Source: the human T2T-CHM13v2.0 reference genome, Homo sapiens. From it: a DNA stretch of 64,000 nt. Each line of letters starts with the position of its first letter. Within the stretch, counting starts at the first letter, position 1. Of this stretch, positions 27,693-47,712 are shown one piece after another. The notes under the pieces are model-generated. The model saw only the letters and a program-made list of their open reading frames with translations. It was not told the DNA's origin and searched no databases. The translations under genes and the position numbers were made by a program. The DNA lies in NCBI RefSeq assembly GCF_009914755.1, contig NC_060929.1; one strand, 5' to 3'.

Positions 27693-28560
27693 TTTTTTTA
27701 TTATTATTATACTTTAAGTTTTAGGGTACATGTGCACAACGTGCAGGTTAGTTACATATGTATACATGTGTCATGCTGGTGCGCTGCACCCACTAACTCG
27801 TCATCTAGCATTAGGTATATCTCCCAATGCTATCTCTCCCCCCACTCCCACCCCACAACAGTCCCCAGAGTGTGATGTTCCCCTTCCTGTGTCCATGTGT
27901 TCTCATTGTTCAATTCACACCTATGAGTGAGAATATGCGGTGTTTGGCTTTTTGTTCTTGCGATAGTTTACTGAGAATGATGATTTCCAATTTCATCCAT
28001 GTCCCTACAAAGGACATGAACTCATCATTTTTTATGGCTGCATAGTATTCCATGGTGTATATGTGCCACATTTTCTTAATCCAGTCTATCATTGTTGGAC
28101 ATTTGGGTTGGTTCCAAGTCTTTGCTATTGTGAATAGTGCTGCAATAAACATACGTGTGCATGTCTCTTTATAGCAGCATGATTTATAGTCCTTTGGGTA
28201 TATATCCAGTAATGGGATGGCTGGGTCAAATGGTATTTCTAGTTCTAGATCCCTGAGGAATCGCCACACTGACTTCCACAATGGTTGAACTAGTTTACAG
28301 TCCCACCAACAGTGTAAAAGTGTTCCTATTTCTCCACATCCTCTCCAGCACCTGTTGTTTCCTGACTTTTTAATGATTGCCATTCTAACTGGTGTGAGAT
28401 GGTATCTCATCGTGGTTTTGATTTGCATTTCTTCTGATGGCCAGTGATGGTGAAAAAAACAAACAACACCATCAAAAAGTGGGCGAAGGACATGAAGAGA
28501 CACTTCTCAAAAGAAGACATTTATGCAGCCAAAAAACACATGAAAAAATGCTCACCATCA
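27693..28560 (-). mobile_element. L1PA2-like, 5'-truncated with 5' inversion
   Basis: 3' UTR GCTAGATGACGAGTTAGTGGG (GAG type); non-inverted arm 27693-28453, inverted arm 28452-28560; 16-bp TSD ATCAATTAAATTTCTT at 27677-27692 and 28557-28572. Confidence 0.95.
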
Positions 28561-29719
28561 ATTAAATTTCTTAAAAATGTCAGCCACATGTTAGGCAACT
28601 AACTCAGGTTTCAGCCATCTGCATTTCTTATCTGCTATTCTCTGTCTGTTTTGTGGTCAGGTATTATGGAGGTGATGAATAGGTCTCTGCAGGGAGTACA
28701 GGGGAAGAGCAGTTATCACTTCCTTAGCCTGTCACTGCAAATGCAAGTATATAATAGTATCCCTGGGTAATAAAGAGACTGTAGTGGGGGAGAGGGAGGT
28801 TTTTTGGGAGGGTCAGAATAAAAATAACTGCAAGGATCTTTTAAATAGGAGAAAGAGGAAGTAGAGGACTTGACTTGAAACATTAAAGATAAAAAAAAGT
28901 ACCTTAGGCATTGCCTCTTCTATTACCCTGTATTTGTGTAAGGAAATTGACTATCAGAGAGGTGAAATGACTTGCCTAAATGCACAAAGATTATTATTGA
29001 AAGTACAGTGAAATACTGCTCATCAAACTCTGGTCGAATAAATTGAATTTTCTCTTTAAAGTTTTACAGGAAACCCATTTGATTTGTAAATATGATCAAA
29101 AAGCTTTCTAAAATATAGCAGCAAGGATATATAATATATTGATACATTTTACTTCTAAGTATAGCCTAGTTAAAGTAATTTCATCTGTGTTTGATATTTT
29201 AGGGACATATTACTGAGCATCAATTATAACCATAACGTATTAAAGATGTGAAAACTATAGGAGCTACAACTGAATTATGCTTGGCCCTGAAAATGGATTT
29301 GGGGATGGTTGCTTTTTATAATTTATTTCTTTGGATTTGCTTCTTTCTCTTAAAAGTCAAACACATACGAATGAATACATTACAAACCCAAATTAGCTCA
29401 TTTCCAGTTCTCATTCTATAATCATGGAATAGGGTTTTTTATAAATGAATAAACTATATCATTGCAGAAATTCTGATTTTGCATTTATAAAAAGGTGTTA
29501 GTGGGTTAGTCAAATATATCTTTATTGACTGTGCTTCCATTTCCATTGCAGAGTCATAGGTCGAGAACTTAAAGAATACCTCACCATATCTCTTCACATA
29601 TCCATGAAGAAACTGAGGTGCAAAGAAGTTAAGTGATAAACCTGAAGCCACACAGCCAGTTAAAGTTAAGACTTCTAATAAAATCCCAATGGTTAACTTC
29701 AGGACCATAACCAAAGGTA

Positions 29720-30270
29720 TCCTAGTTGCTACGGGGGGCAACCTTCCACAGGCTACAATTGCTATTAATCCAGACCCATGTGCACAGCTTCCTTGTGATT
29801 CCCTACACCTTTTTATGAGAACGTAATCTCAACTGCCGGAAGTTGCCCTGTTGACCCTGAAAAGGCTGCCAAGTGGGTGTCCCGGAAGCCTACTGAGTAC
29901 AAGTTTAATATTTTCTGTTAAGCAACTCACAGCATTTAAGCCGCAGTTGTGGAAATTCTCAAGAAAGCTCATTCTGTATGAATCAAATTTCTGAAGCGAT
30001 TCTCTTCCAGGGAACTGCAATCAATCCTGTCCCGACTTCACTTTACATAGCTCATTTTTTGAGCCTTCATCATACACAACATTCACTGCAAAAGATCCAA
30101 GGGAGCCACACTTTCTGAAGGATGCTATTGTTGCTCAACTGGCAAACTCAAATTTGGTTTGAAGAGCATAAGTTTTAATTTTCTAGGTTAAAACTTATTT
30201 TTCTTCTCAAGTTCCATTTATCAAAGAAATCGTTTTGTTTTGTTTGTTTAATCGAATAACATCGCAAGTG
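29720..30270. promoter_or_regulatory. Candidate promoter/enhancer (ETS, RFX, MYB motifs; retained CpGs)
   Basis: CCGGAAGT 29836, CCGGAAG 29882, GTTGCTACGG/GGCAAC 29725-29742, CAACTG 29830 and 30136, CAGTTG 29944; about 10 CpG in unique DNA. Confidence 0.4.
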
Positions 30271-30349
30271 CAGAAGACTTAGCTGGGATGGAGGTTGGGG
30301 GAGTGTCCTTGCCTGTTTCAGGGAACCAATAAAGGACATCTCAAAAACC

Positions 30350-30580
30350 AAACACAGTACTTATGATGTGCCAGGCACTCTTCTGAGGGCTTTACACGAT
30401 GTAACTCATTTAATCTTGAGAAAACCCCTAAGAGGTAGATATTGACATCATCCCATTTTATAGATGAGAATCTGAGGAACAAATACGTTAGGTAACTGGC
30501 CCAAAGTCATTGTAGCTAATAAGTCACAAAGCTGGGAGTATGAACCCGGCAGTTTGTGTTTTTACCACTGTGCTCCACCT
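30350..30580 (-). mobile_element. MIR SINE
   Basis: ATGTGCCAGGCACT..AACTCATTTAATCTT..CCCATTTTATAGATGAGAA. Confidence 0.85.
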
Positions 30581-31262
30581 AACATACGTAATTTGAGAAA
30601 AAAAAAATTAAAACAACCTTTTAGCCTCCATTTTCTAAGCATCTCAAGTTAAAGTAGTTGGGGTCTGAGAAAAGTATTCAGATAACTGACCCACTAGCTA
30701 AAGACTCAGCCATGTAATCATCCAATAATTTTCACAATTTACAGCTTCACAGTTTTACAAAAAAAGAGTCCAATGTGTGAGCAAATTTATAAGCTGCTTA
30801 ATCTTGATTAAAAAAACAATTAATTCACTAGCTACCTGTTATGTGCCAGGCTCTGGAACAATGCCACGAATTAGACATGGCTACTCTAAAAATTCTCTGT
30901 GGAAACAATATTTGGACATAGGAAAAAAATGTAACAACAAAGGCAATGAATGATTTATATCAAACTGATAGGCTGACAATAAATGAAAAAAAACTCTTCT
31001 AGAAATAATTTGTGCATTTAGCATTCCAAATATTAAAGAATATAAAAACATCTTAGAATAACTAAAAGAAAATGTGAATTTGTATTTTTTACTATAATTG
31101 TGGTGATATTTCTTTTCAAATATTGTTATAATCAAATGAACACTTTACTAGATATCTACTCCAATTAAAACACTTTGATAATGCTTTGTAAAGAATTGTG
31201 AATTGAATACCAGATAATTATTTCCTTTGTTACTCAATAACAACTTCTATTAAAGTTTTTAT

Positions 31263-32190
<928 letters not shown>

Positions 32191-33900
32191 TTTTTAATTT
32201 TAATTTAATGTTAATACTTTTTTCATGTCTGTTTTTCTTTTAAAAAATAATAATAAAGGAAGTACCATGAGTCCCTTTGATTATAATCATAAAAAGATTT
32301 AAAAATATGCCACACAAACATCAGAAGCATTCTTACGTTAATTTCCCTCTATTGCAAAGGTACAATTTCCTTAATTGTTCTTTATGCATTAAATGTGTAT
32401 CATAAACTTGCCTATACATCAAGTTGATGTTCCATTTCAGTTTTCTTTCTTCTGCAAAATAGGTTAGTAATTATCTGTTTTCTATCAATAAACTATCATC
32501 AGTTATTTTAGTCAGAATGTTTATAGTCATTTTTATTCCCAACTCATTCCCACTGAAATTTGTAAGAATAATAAAAAAGCGGTGGTGGCTGGCAAGATGG
32601 CCTAATGGGAACAGCTCTGTTCTGCAGCTCCCAGGGAGATCAATGAAGAAGGCAGGTGATTTCTGCATTTCCAACTGAGATACCTGGATCATCTCACTGG
32701 GACTGGTTAGACAGCAGGTGCAGCCCACAGATGGCGAGCTGAAGCAGGGTGGGGCATTACCTCACCTGGGAGGCACAAGGGGTCAGGGAACTCCCTCCCC
32801 TAGCCATGAGGGACTGTGCATGAGGAAGGGTGCACTCTGGCCCAGATACTATACTTTTCCCATGGTCTTCAAAACCCACAAACTAGGAGATTCTCTCGAG
32901 TGCCTACACCACCAGGGCCCTGGGTTTCAAGCACAAAACTGGGCTGCTGTTTGGGCAGACACCAGCCTAGCTGCAGGAGTTTTTTATTCATAACCCTATG
33001 GTGCCCAGAATCCCAGTGAGACAGAACTGTTCACTCCCCTGGAAAGGGCGTTGAAGCCAGGGAGCCAAGTGGTCTGGCCTAGCGGGTCCCACCCCCAAGG
33101 AGCCCAGCAAGCTAAGATCCACTGGCTTGAAATTCTCACTGCCAGCACAGCAGTCTGAAGTCAACCTGGGACACTCGAGCTTGGTGGGGAGAGGGGCATC
33201 CCCCATTACTGGGGCTTGAGTAGGCGGTTTTCCTCTCACAGTGTAAACAAAGCTGCCTAGAAGTTCAAACGGAGAGGAGCCCACTTCCACGCAGCAAACC
33301 CGCTGTAACCAGACTGCCCCTCTAGATTCCTTCTCTCTGGGCAGGGCATCCCTGAAAGAAAGGCAGCACCCCAATCAGAGGCTTATAGATAATACTCCCA
33401 TCTCCCTGGGACAGAGCACCTGGGGAAAGGAGTGGCTGTGGGCAGTTTCAGGAGACTTAAACATTCCTGCCTGCAGGCTCTGAAGAGAGCAGTGGATCTC
33501 TCAGGACAGTGCTCGAGCTCTGCTAAAGGACAGACTGCCTCCTTAAGTGGGTCCCTGACTCCCATGCCTCCTGACTGGGAGACACCTCCCAGCAGGGGTA
33601 AATAGACACCTCATACAGGAGAGCTCCAGCTGGCATTCGGCAGGTGCCCCTCTAGGACAAAGCTTCTAGAGGAAGGAATAGGCAGCAATTTTTTCTGTTC
33701 TGCAGCCTCTACAGTGATATCAAGACAAACAGGGTCTGAAGTGGACCTCCAGCAAACTCCAGCAGACCTGCAGCAGAGGGGCCTGACTGTTAGAAGGAAA
33801 ATAAACACAAAGGAATAGCATCAACATTAGCAAAAAGGACGTCCACACAGAAGCCCTATCTGAAGGTCACCAACATCAAAGACTAAAGGTAGATAAATCC

Positions 33901-34931
33901 ATGAAAATAAGGAAAAACCAGTGCAAAAAGGCTAAAAATACCAAAAACCAGAATGCCTCTTCTTTTCCAAAGGATCACAACTCCTCACCAGCAAGGGAAC
34001 AAAACTGGACAGAGAATGAGTTTGACGAATTGACAGAAGTAGGCTTCAGAAGGTGGGTAACAACAAACTCCTCCCAGCTAAAGAAGCATGTTCTAACCCA
34101 ATGCAAGGAAGCTGAGAACCTTGAAAAAAGGTTGCAAGAATTGCTAGCTAGAATAACCAGTCTAGAGAAGAACATAAATGACCTGATGGAGCTGAAAAAC
34201 GCAGCTCAAGAACTTCGTGAAGCATACACAAGTGCAGTAGCCAAATCGATCAAGTGGAAAAAAGGATATCAGAGATTGAAGATCAACTTAATGAAATAAA
34301 GCACGAAGACAAGGTTAAAGAAAAAAAGAATGAAAAAGAACAAACAAAGCCTCCAAGAAATATAGGACTATGTGAAAAGACCAAACCTATGTTTGATTGG
34401 TGTACCTGAAAGTGATGGGGAGAATGGAACCAAGTTGGAAAACTCTCTTCAGGATATTATCCAGGAGAACTTCCACAACCTAGCAAGACAGGCCAACATT
34501 CAAATTCAGGAAATGCAGAGAACACCACAAAGATATTCCTTAAGAAGAGCAACCCCAAGACACGTAATCGTCAGATTCACCAAGGTTGAAATGAAGGAAA
34601 AAATGTTAAGGGCAGCCAGAGAGAAAGCTCGGGTTATCCACAAAGGGAAGCCCATCAGACTAACAGTGGATCTCTCTGCAGGAACTCTACAAGCCAGAAG
34701 AGAGTAGGGGCCAATATTCAACATTCTTAAAGAAAAGAATTTTCAACCCAGAATCTCATATCCAGCTAAACTAAGCTTCATAAGTGAAGGAGAAATAAAA
34801 TCCTTTACAGACAAGCAAATCTGAGAGATTTTGTCACCACCAGGACTGTCTTACAAGAGCTCCTGAAGGAAGCACTAAATATGGAAAGGAAAAACCAGTA
34901 CCAGCCACTGCAAAAACATACCAAAACGTAA
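33901..34931 (+). pseudogene. L1 ORF1p remnant (frameshifts and stops)
   Basis: ORF fragments ..ENEFDELTEVGFRRWV.. and ..KRPNLCLIGVPESDGENGTKLEN.. Confidence 0.92.
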
Positions 34932-34993
34932 AGACCATAGAGCTATGAAGAAACTGTATCAACTAATGGGCAAAATAACTAGCTAGCATCATA

Positions 34994-38625
<3,632 letters not shown>

Positions 38626-38859
38626 TTGAGAAGACATGGACTCAGGGAGGGGAACATCACACCCCGGGACCTGTCAGGGGGTGAGGAGCCAGGGGAGGGA
38701 TAGGATTAGGAGAAATACCTAATGTAGATGACAGTTTGATAGGTGCAACAAACCACCATGGCACATGTATACCTATTTAACAAATCTGCACGTTCTGCAC
38801 ATGTATCCCAGAACTTGAAGTATAATAATAATAATAAAGCTCTGTAAGAATTTATCCAC

Positions 38860-39254
38860 CGTATGGACTGAATTATGTTCCCCTCCCACTCCACTCTTTC
38901 CCCAGCTCCTGCAAATTGATATGAAGCCCTTATCTCAGAATGTGACTGCATTTAGAGATAAAACCTTTATGGGGTGATTAAGTTCGTGTGTGGGCATTAT
39001 GGTGGGCCCTAATCCAATCTGACTGGTATCCTTATAAGATGAGGAAATCTGGATGCCTCCAAGGACAACAAGCACATAGGAAAGACGGTATGAGGACACA
39101 GCAAGAAGGCAGCAAGCCAAGGAGGAAGGCTCCAGGAGACACCAACCCTGCTGGCACCTTGATCTTGGACTTCCAGCCTCCAAAACTGGAGAAAATAAAT
39201 GTCTGTTTCTTAAGGCACCCAGTCTATGGTATTTTATTATGGCAGCCCAAGCAA
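38860..39254 (+). mobile_element. MLT1A-like LTR
   Basis: TATGGACTGAATTATGTTCCCC..GGGCCCTAATCCAATCTGACTGG..CTTGGACTTCCAGCCTCCA..TATGGCAGCCC. Confidence 0.85.
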
Positions 39255-40552
<1,298 letters not shown>

Positions 40553-40890
40553 GACTAGTATACCTGTGGAGATAATTACTTTTCTCTTCCAGAGAGCCAA
40601 GTCCTTAGAGGCAGAACTTTAAGAAATTCCAGTTTGTCTGTGTTATCTTATTTCTGCCTTTCCTTCCATGTCATATTTCTTTTCTTCTCTGAGACATCAT
40701 GCCAAATTTAGGAATACAAGCTGTAGCTCAAGTGAGATGAGTTCTAAAACACATGCAGAAATCCTGACAGCTCTTAAATTTTTAGGAAGGACACTGCTTC
40801 AGGATCAGAGTGTCTCTCCAAAGTTAATGGCATCTGAGAGCCACTAGTTTTCATCTTCACCATTTTTATTATAAGTGTAGTTTACATTAA

Positions 40891-43975
<3,085 letters not shown>

Positions 43976-44094
43976 CAATACAGGTATATATAAAGTTAAA
44001 ATGGAAGATACACCTACTGACTGAACACCCACAAAATCTTCACCAGGAAATACTCACTGTTGACAATTTGGTGTGTAAAACCCCTGCTCTAAAA

Positions 44095-44455
44095 TTAGGG
44101 GAATCTTGGGGGGAGAAGGAAACAGAAAGTTATTCATCAAAAGGTAGAAATGTTATGCAAGATGAAGAAATTCTAGCAATCTACTGTACAGCATAGTGCC
44201 TACAGTTAACAATACAGTATTGTGTACTTTAAACATTGGCTAAGAGGACAGATTTTATGTTAAGTGTTCTTATCACAAAAAATAATAATGAAGAATATAA
44301 GAAGAAACTGTTGCAGGTGATGGATATGTATATAGCATAGATTTTGGTAATGGTTGCACGAGTGTATACTTACCTCCAAATTCATCAAGTTGTCTACCTT
44401 AAATATGTACAGCTTTTTGTATGTCAATCATATCCCAATACAATGGTTTTTAAAA
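44095..44455 (+). mobile_element. Old L1MA/MB 3' UTR fragment
   Basis: CTACTGTACAGCATAGTG..AACAATACAGTATTGTG..ATGTTAAGTGTTCTTATCAC. Confidence 0.8.
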
Positions 44456-45650
44456 TAGATAGAGGAATCTCTGTTAAAACACAGTTGCAGTACTCTATAG
44501 GCTGCCTTCTTACTTTGTGAGCACTGCTTCGGACAATTTCTCACACCCTGCAGAAAAAGACACCTCCTTCACTTCTGGAGCAGGAGACCAAACTGTGGCT
44601 TAATAACCTTGGTATCCGCCAGCCAGAGGAGAATTTCAGTCTTTGTAGACAGTATTCCATAAAGTTCTAATAAAAGAAGCCCAGAATTGCTTAAACATCA
44701 GATGAGTAACTATTCTTATTTATTTGTTCCTGACGCAGTATGCCAATCCTTGCAGTTGAAAATTAAACGATAATATACTTCCCCCTCTGCTCCACAAAGC
44801 TATAGCTGTTTTCCTGGTGGATAATCAGAGGCCAAAGGGTGGTAATTTATCACAAAAGAGGAATGGGAGTATCGCCAAGAGTAACAAAGGGACAGTGATA
44901 TCCCTGTTCCTGCTGTATGGCACTGGTTTAATTAAGGTAAAGCTAATAAACCTTATTCCTGATTCTCAACAGTGTGAGGTCAAATTCAGTCTTCTGTAAG
45001 CCAAGATAGCCAGCCAGATCACAGAAAATATGTAGGAAGTAACAGATACAATGTTAATCACCTTTTTTATGGCCAAAAGCTATATTCCTAGGAATCAAAA
45101 GACTACTGTGGTATAACCTAGTTGGCTTCTTTAAGAATCTGTGATATTTTATACAGACATGCTAATAATATAGGCTATACTAGCAGGAACTAAAAGAAAT
45201 TAGAACAACCCTCAGAACAAAGATGCAAAGACATTAAGGAACTTAAGTTCTGTGTCTTTCTAAAAATATAAATATATATAGATTATTTTTCATGACAATT
45301 GCATGTGCATGTGTGTATATGTGTATGTGTGTGTGAAACCTCTATGTGCATTCTTAGAATCATGTGCTATCGAAGCCTATTTAAAGACTTTCTGGAAATG
45401 GCACTAAGGAAATAAAAAGTAGTATTAGTGAATAGATGAGGCATTAAAGCAAATTTTGTAGCTAATAAATTTTGTTTGCAAGTTCAAACTTATGCAGGTG
45501 GAAAGGGTGGCTATGGCTATTTACATGAAATGAAACAAGGGAATTCCAAGTCAGTGCTTAGATAATATGAAAATATGTGTAATTTTGTATATAAAGAAGA
45601 GATTTATATGGATTAGGAGAGACACATCCTTAAAGAATATAGTAATAACA

Positions 45651-45937
45651 GGCCAGGTGCGGTGGCTCATGCCTGTAATCCCAACACTTTGAGAGACCGA
45701 AGCGGGTGGGTCATGAGGTCAGGAGTTCGAGACCAGCCTGATCAACATGGTGAAACCCTGCCTCTACTAAAAATACAAAAATTAGCCAGGCGCGGTGGCA
45801 TGTGCCTGTAATCCAGCTACTCAGGAGGTGGAGGCAGGAGAATCACTTGAACCTGGAGGCGGAGGTTGCAGTGAGCCAAGATTGTGCCACTACACTCCAG
45901 CCTGGGCGACAGAGCAAGACTCCATCTCAAAAAAAAA
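45651..45937 (+). mobile_element. AluSg-like, full length
   Basis: 19-bp TSD AAAGAAT(A/G)TAGTAAT(A/T)ACA at 45632-45650 and 45938-45956. Confidence 0.96.
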
Positions 45938-45949
45938 AAAGAATGTAGT

Positions 45950-46125
45950 AATTACAGCTAATATTTATTGAGTGCTCACTAACTATGTACAGGCATTATT
46001 GAGTGCTTTACACATATTAATTCACTTAATCCCTACCACAACCCTGTGAGTTAGGTTCTATTAATAATACTGTCTCCATTTTACTGATGGGGAACCCAAG
46101 GTACAGAAAGGCTGACTTGCCACAT
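45950..46125 (-). mobile_element. MIR SINE
   Basis: AGCTAATATTTATTGAGTGCT..CCATTTTACTGATGGGGAAC. Confidence 0.8.
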
Positions 46126-46639
46126 ATACATGTATATCTCCATGTTAATTCCAACTAAAATAATCACTTTGGGTCATGGAATCTCAAAGTAGTAAGACAT
46201 TTTAAAGGTATCCTATTTTAGTCCTCCACCAAAAACTTGAACATGAAGTCTTCCACCTTCCCTTGGGATATCTCTTCAGGGAGAAGAAGCTCACAGAAGA
46301 AATCTCTTTAGAACCAGCTCTGACTTCTAGAAACTTCTTCCTTCTTGATTGAGCTGAACTCATTTCGCCTGTAACTTTCACTTACGCATGCGGTGTTTGG
46401 TCTGTACTCTGGCCCTAGTGGAGCTAATCCCCCCATTCACAAGACAGCTTTTGGATGTTTGTGGAAGACTCTCACATTATCATTGAGACTTCTCTTTAAC
46501 ATATACTGAAAATAATTTTCTCCTAAAAATAAACCAGATCATGTCACTCTTTATTTGAAATCTCTGTTGACTTTGACTCCTGTTTGCCTGTAAGATAATG
46601 CCTAAATTCCTTTGCATGGCATGCATATGCCATGGCTCA

Positions 46640-46985
46640 AACCCAATCGGGGTATATTTCTCACTTATATTAAATCCAGAATAGGTGGGCCTCATCAGCA
46701 GGCACCTATGGTCCAACAGTTGATTCAGGAACTCAGGTCTGTTCAACTTGTGGCTTTGCTGTCCTCAACAAGTGGCTCTAAGGTTGACATACATAGTTTC
46801 AGTGAGATGGAGTTTAGTTTATAGGAGATTTTTATGGGCCAGATTGAGAATGGTGTAGATTACTTCTGCACACATTGCAATTGTGAGAACTCAATCACAT
46901 GGTCTCACCTAACTGCAAGGGAGGCTGGGAAATGTGTGTGCTGAGGAAGAGGAGGAAACAGCTTGAGGAGCAGCTAACCACTTTC
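46640..46985 (-). mobile_element. Old MLT1 LTR fragment
   Basis: TCACATGGTCTCACCTAACTGCAAGGGAGGCTGGGAAATGTG motif. Confidence 0.6.
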
Positions 46986-47554
46986 TAGTGAGGCCTTAAC
47001 TTTTCTGCTCTAAGTTTCATCATTTACACTTAAACAACTATACTCAAGTCCAACTCAACTTCCTATTATTCCAAAGCACATCAGCTTCTCACTTTGCCTT
47101 GTGCATGTTGTTTGCTACATGTAAATTCCTTTCTTTGTTCTGTGAAATTCTATTCATGCTTCAAGCTTCAGTTCAAATATCACTCCCACTCTGCCCCACC
47201 TCTCATTTCCCTGACTAGTGGTATTATTTTTCTGCCTCCAGTGTGTACCTACAAAACTTTACACATTCGTGCATTTTAAATTTTATATATTTATATGATA
47301 TACTAATATATAAAACCCCCATTGTATCATACTATTTTGTTTAACTTCATTATCTTTAAAACGCTTTAATTTATTTTGCATCTCCATGGGCCTTTAATTT
47401 CTCTACTTAGACTACTGCAAAGCCTGCATACTGATCTTTCTTCCTGATCATTTTGCAATCCTCCACACAGATCCCAAAGTAATTGATCTGAAATAATATA
47501 AATCTTGCTGTGGTACCTAGCTACTACTGAAAACCTTCTAACATGCATGGCATA

Positions 47555-47712
47555 GGGCAGCTAATCTTAAAATTCAGGGACCCCTGAGTCCCTCCTCCAG
47601 AGAGTTTAATTCAGTAAGTCTATAGTAGGGTCCAAGAAACTGCAGTTTTAATAAGTACCCAAATGATTTGAATATAGGAGGTGGGTAGGCCACATCTTGA
47701 GAAATATTGGAT
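47555..47712. mobile_element. MER5-type MITE
   Basis: CCAGAGAGTTTAATTCAGTAAGTCT..CTGCAGTTTTAATAAG..TTGAGAAATATTG. Confidence 0.65.
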
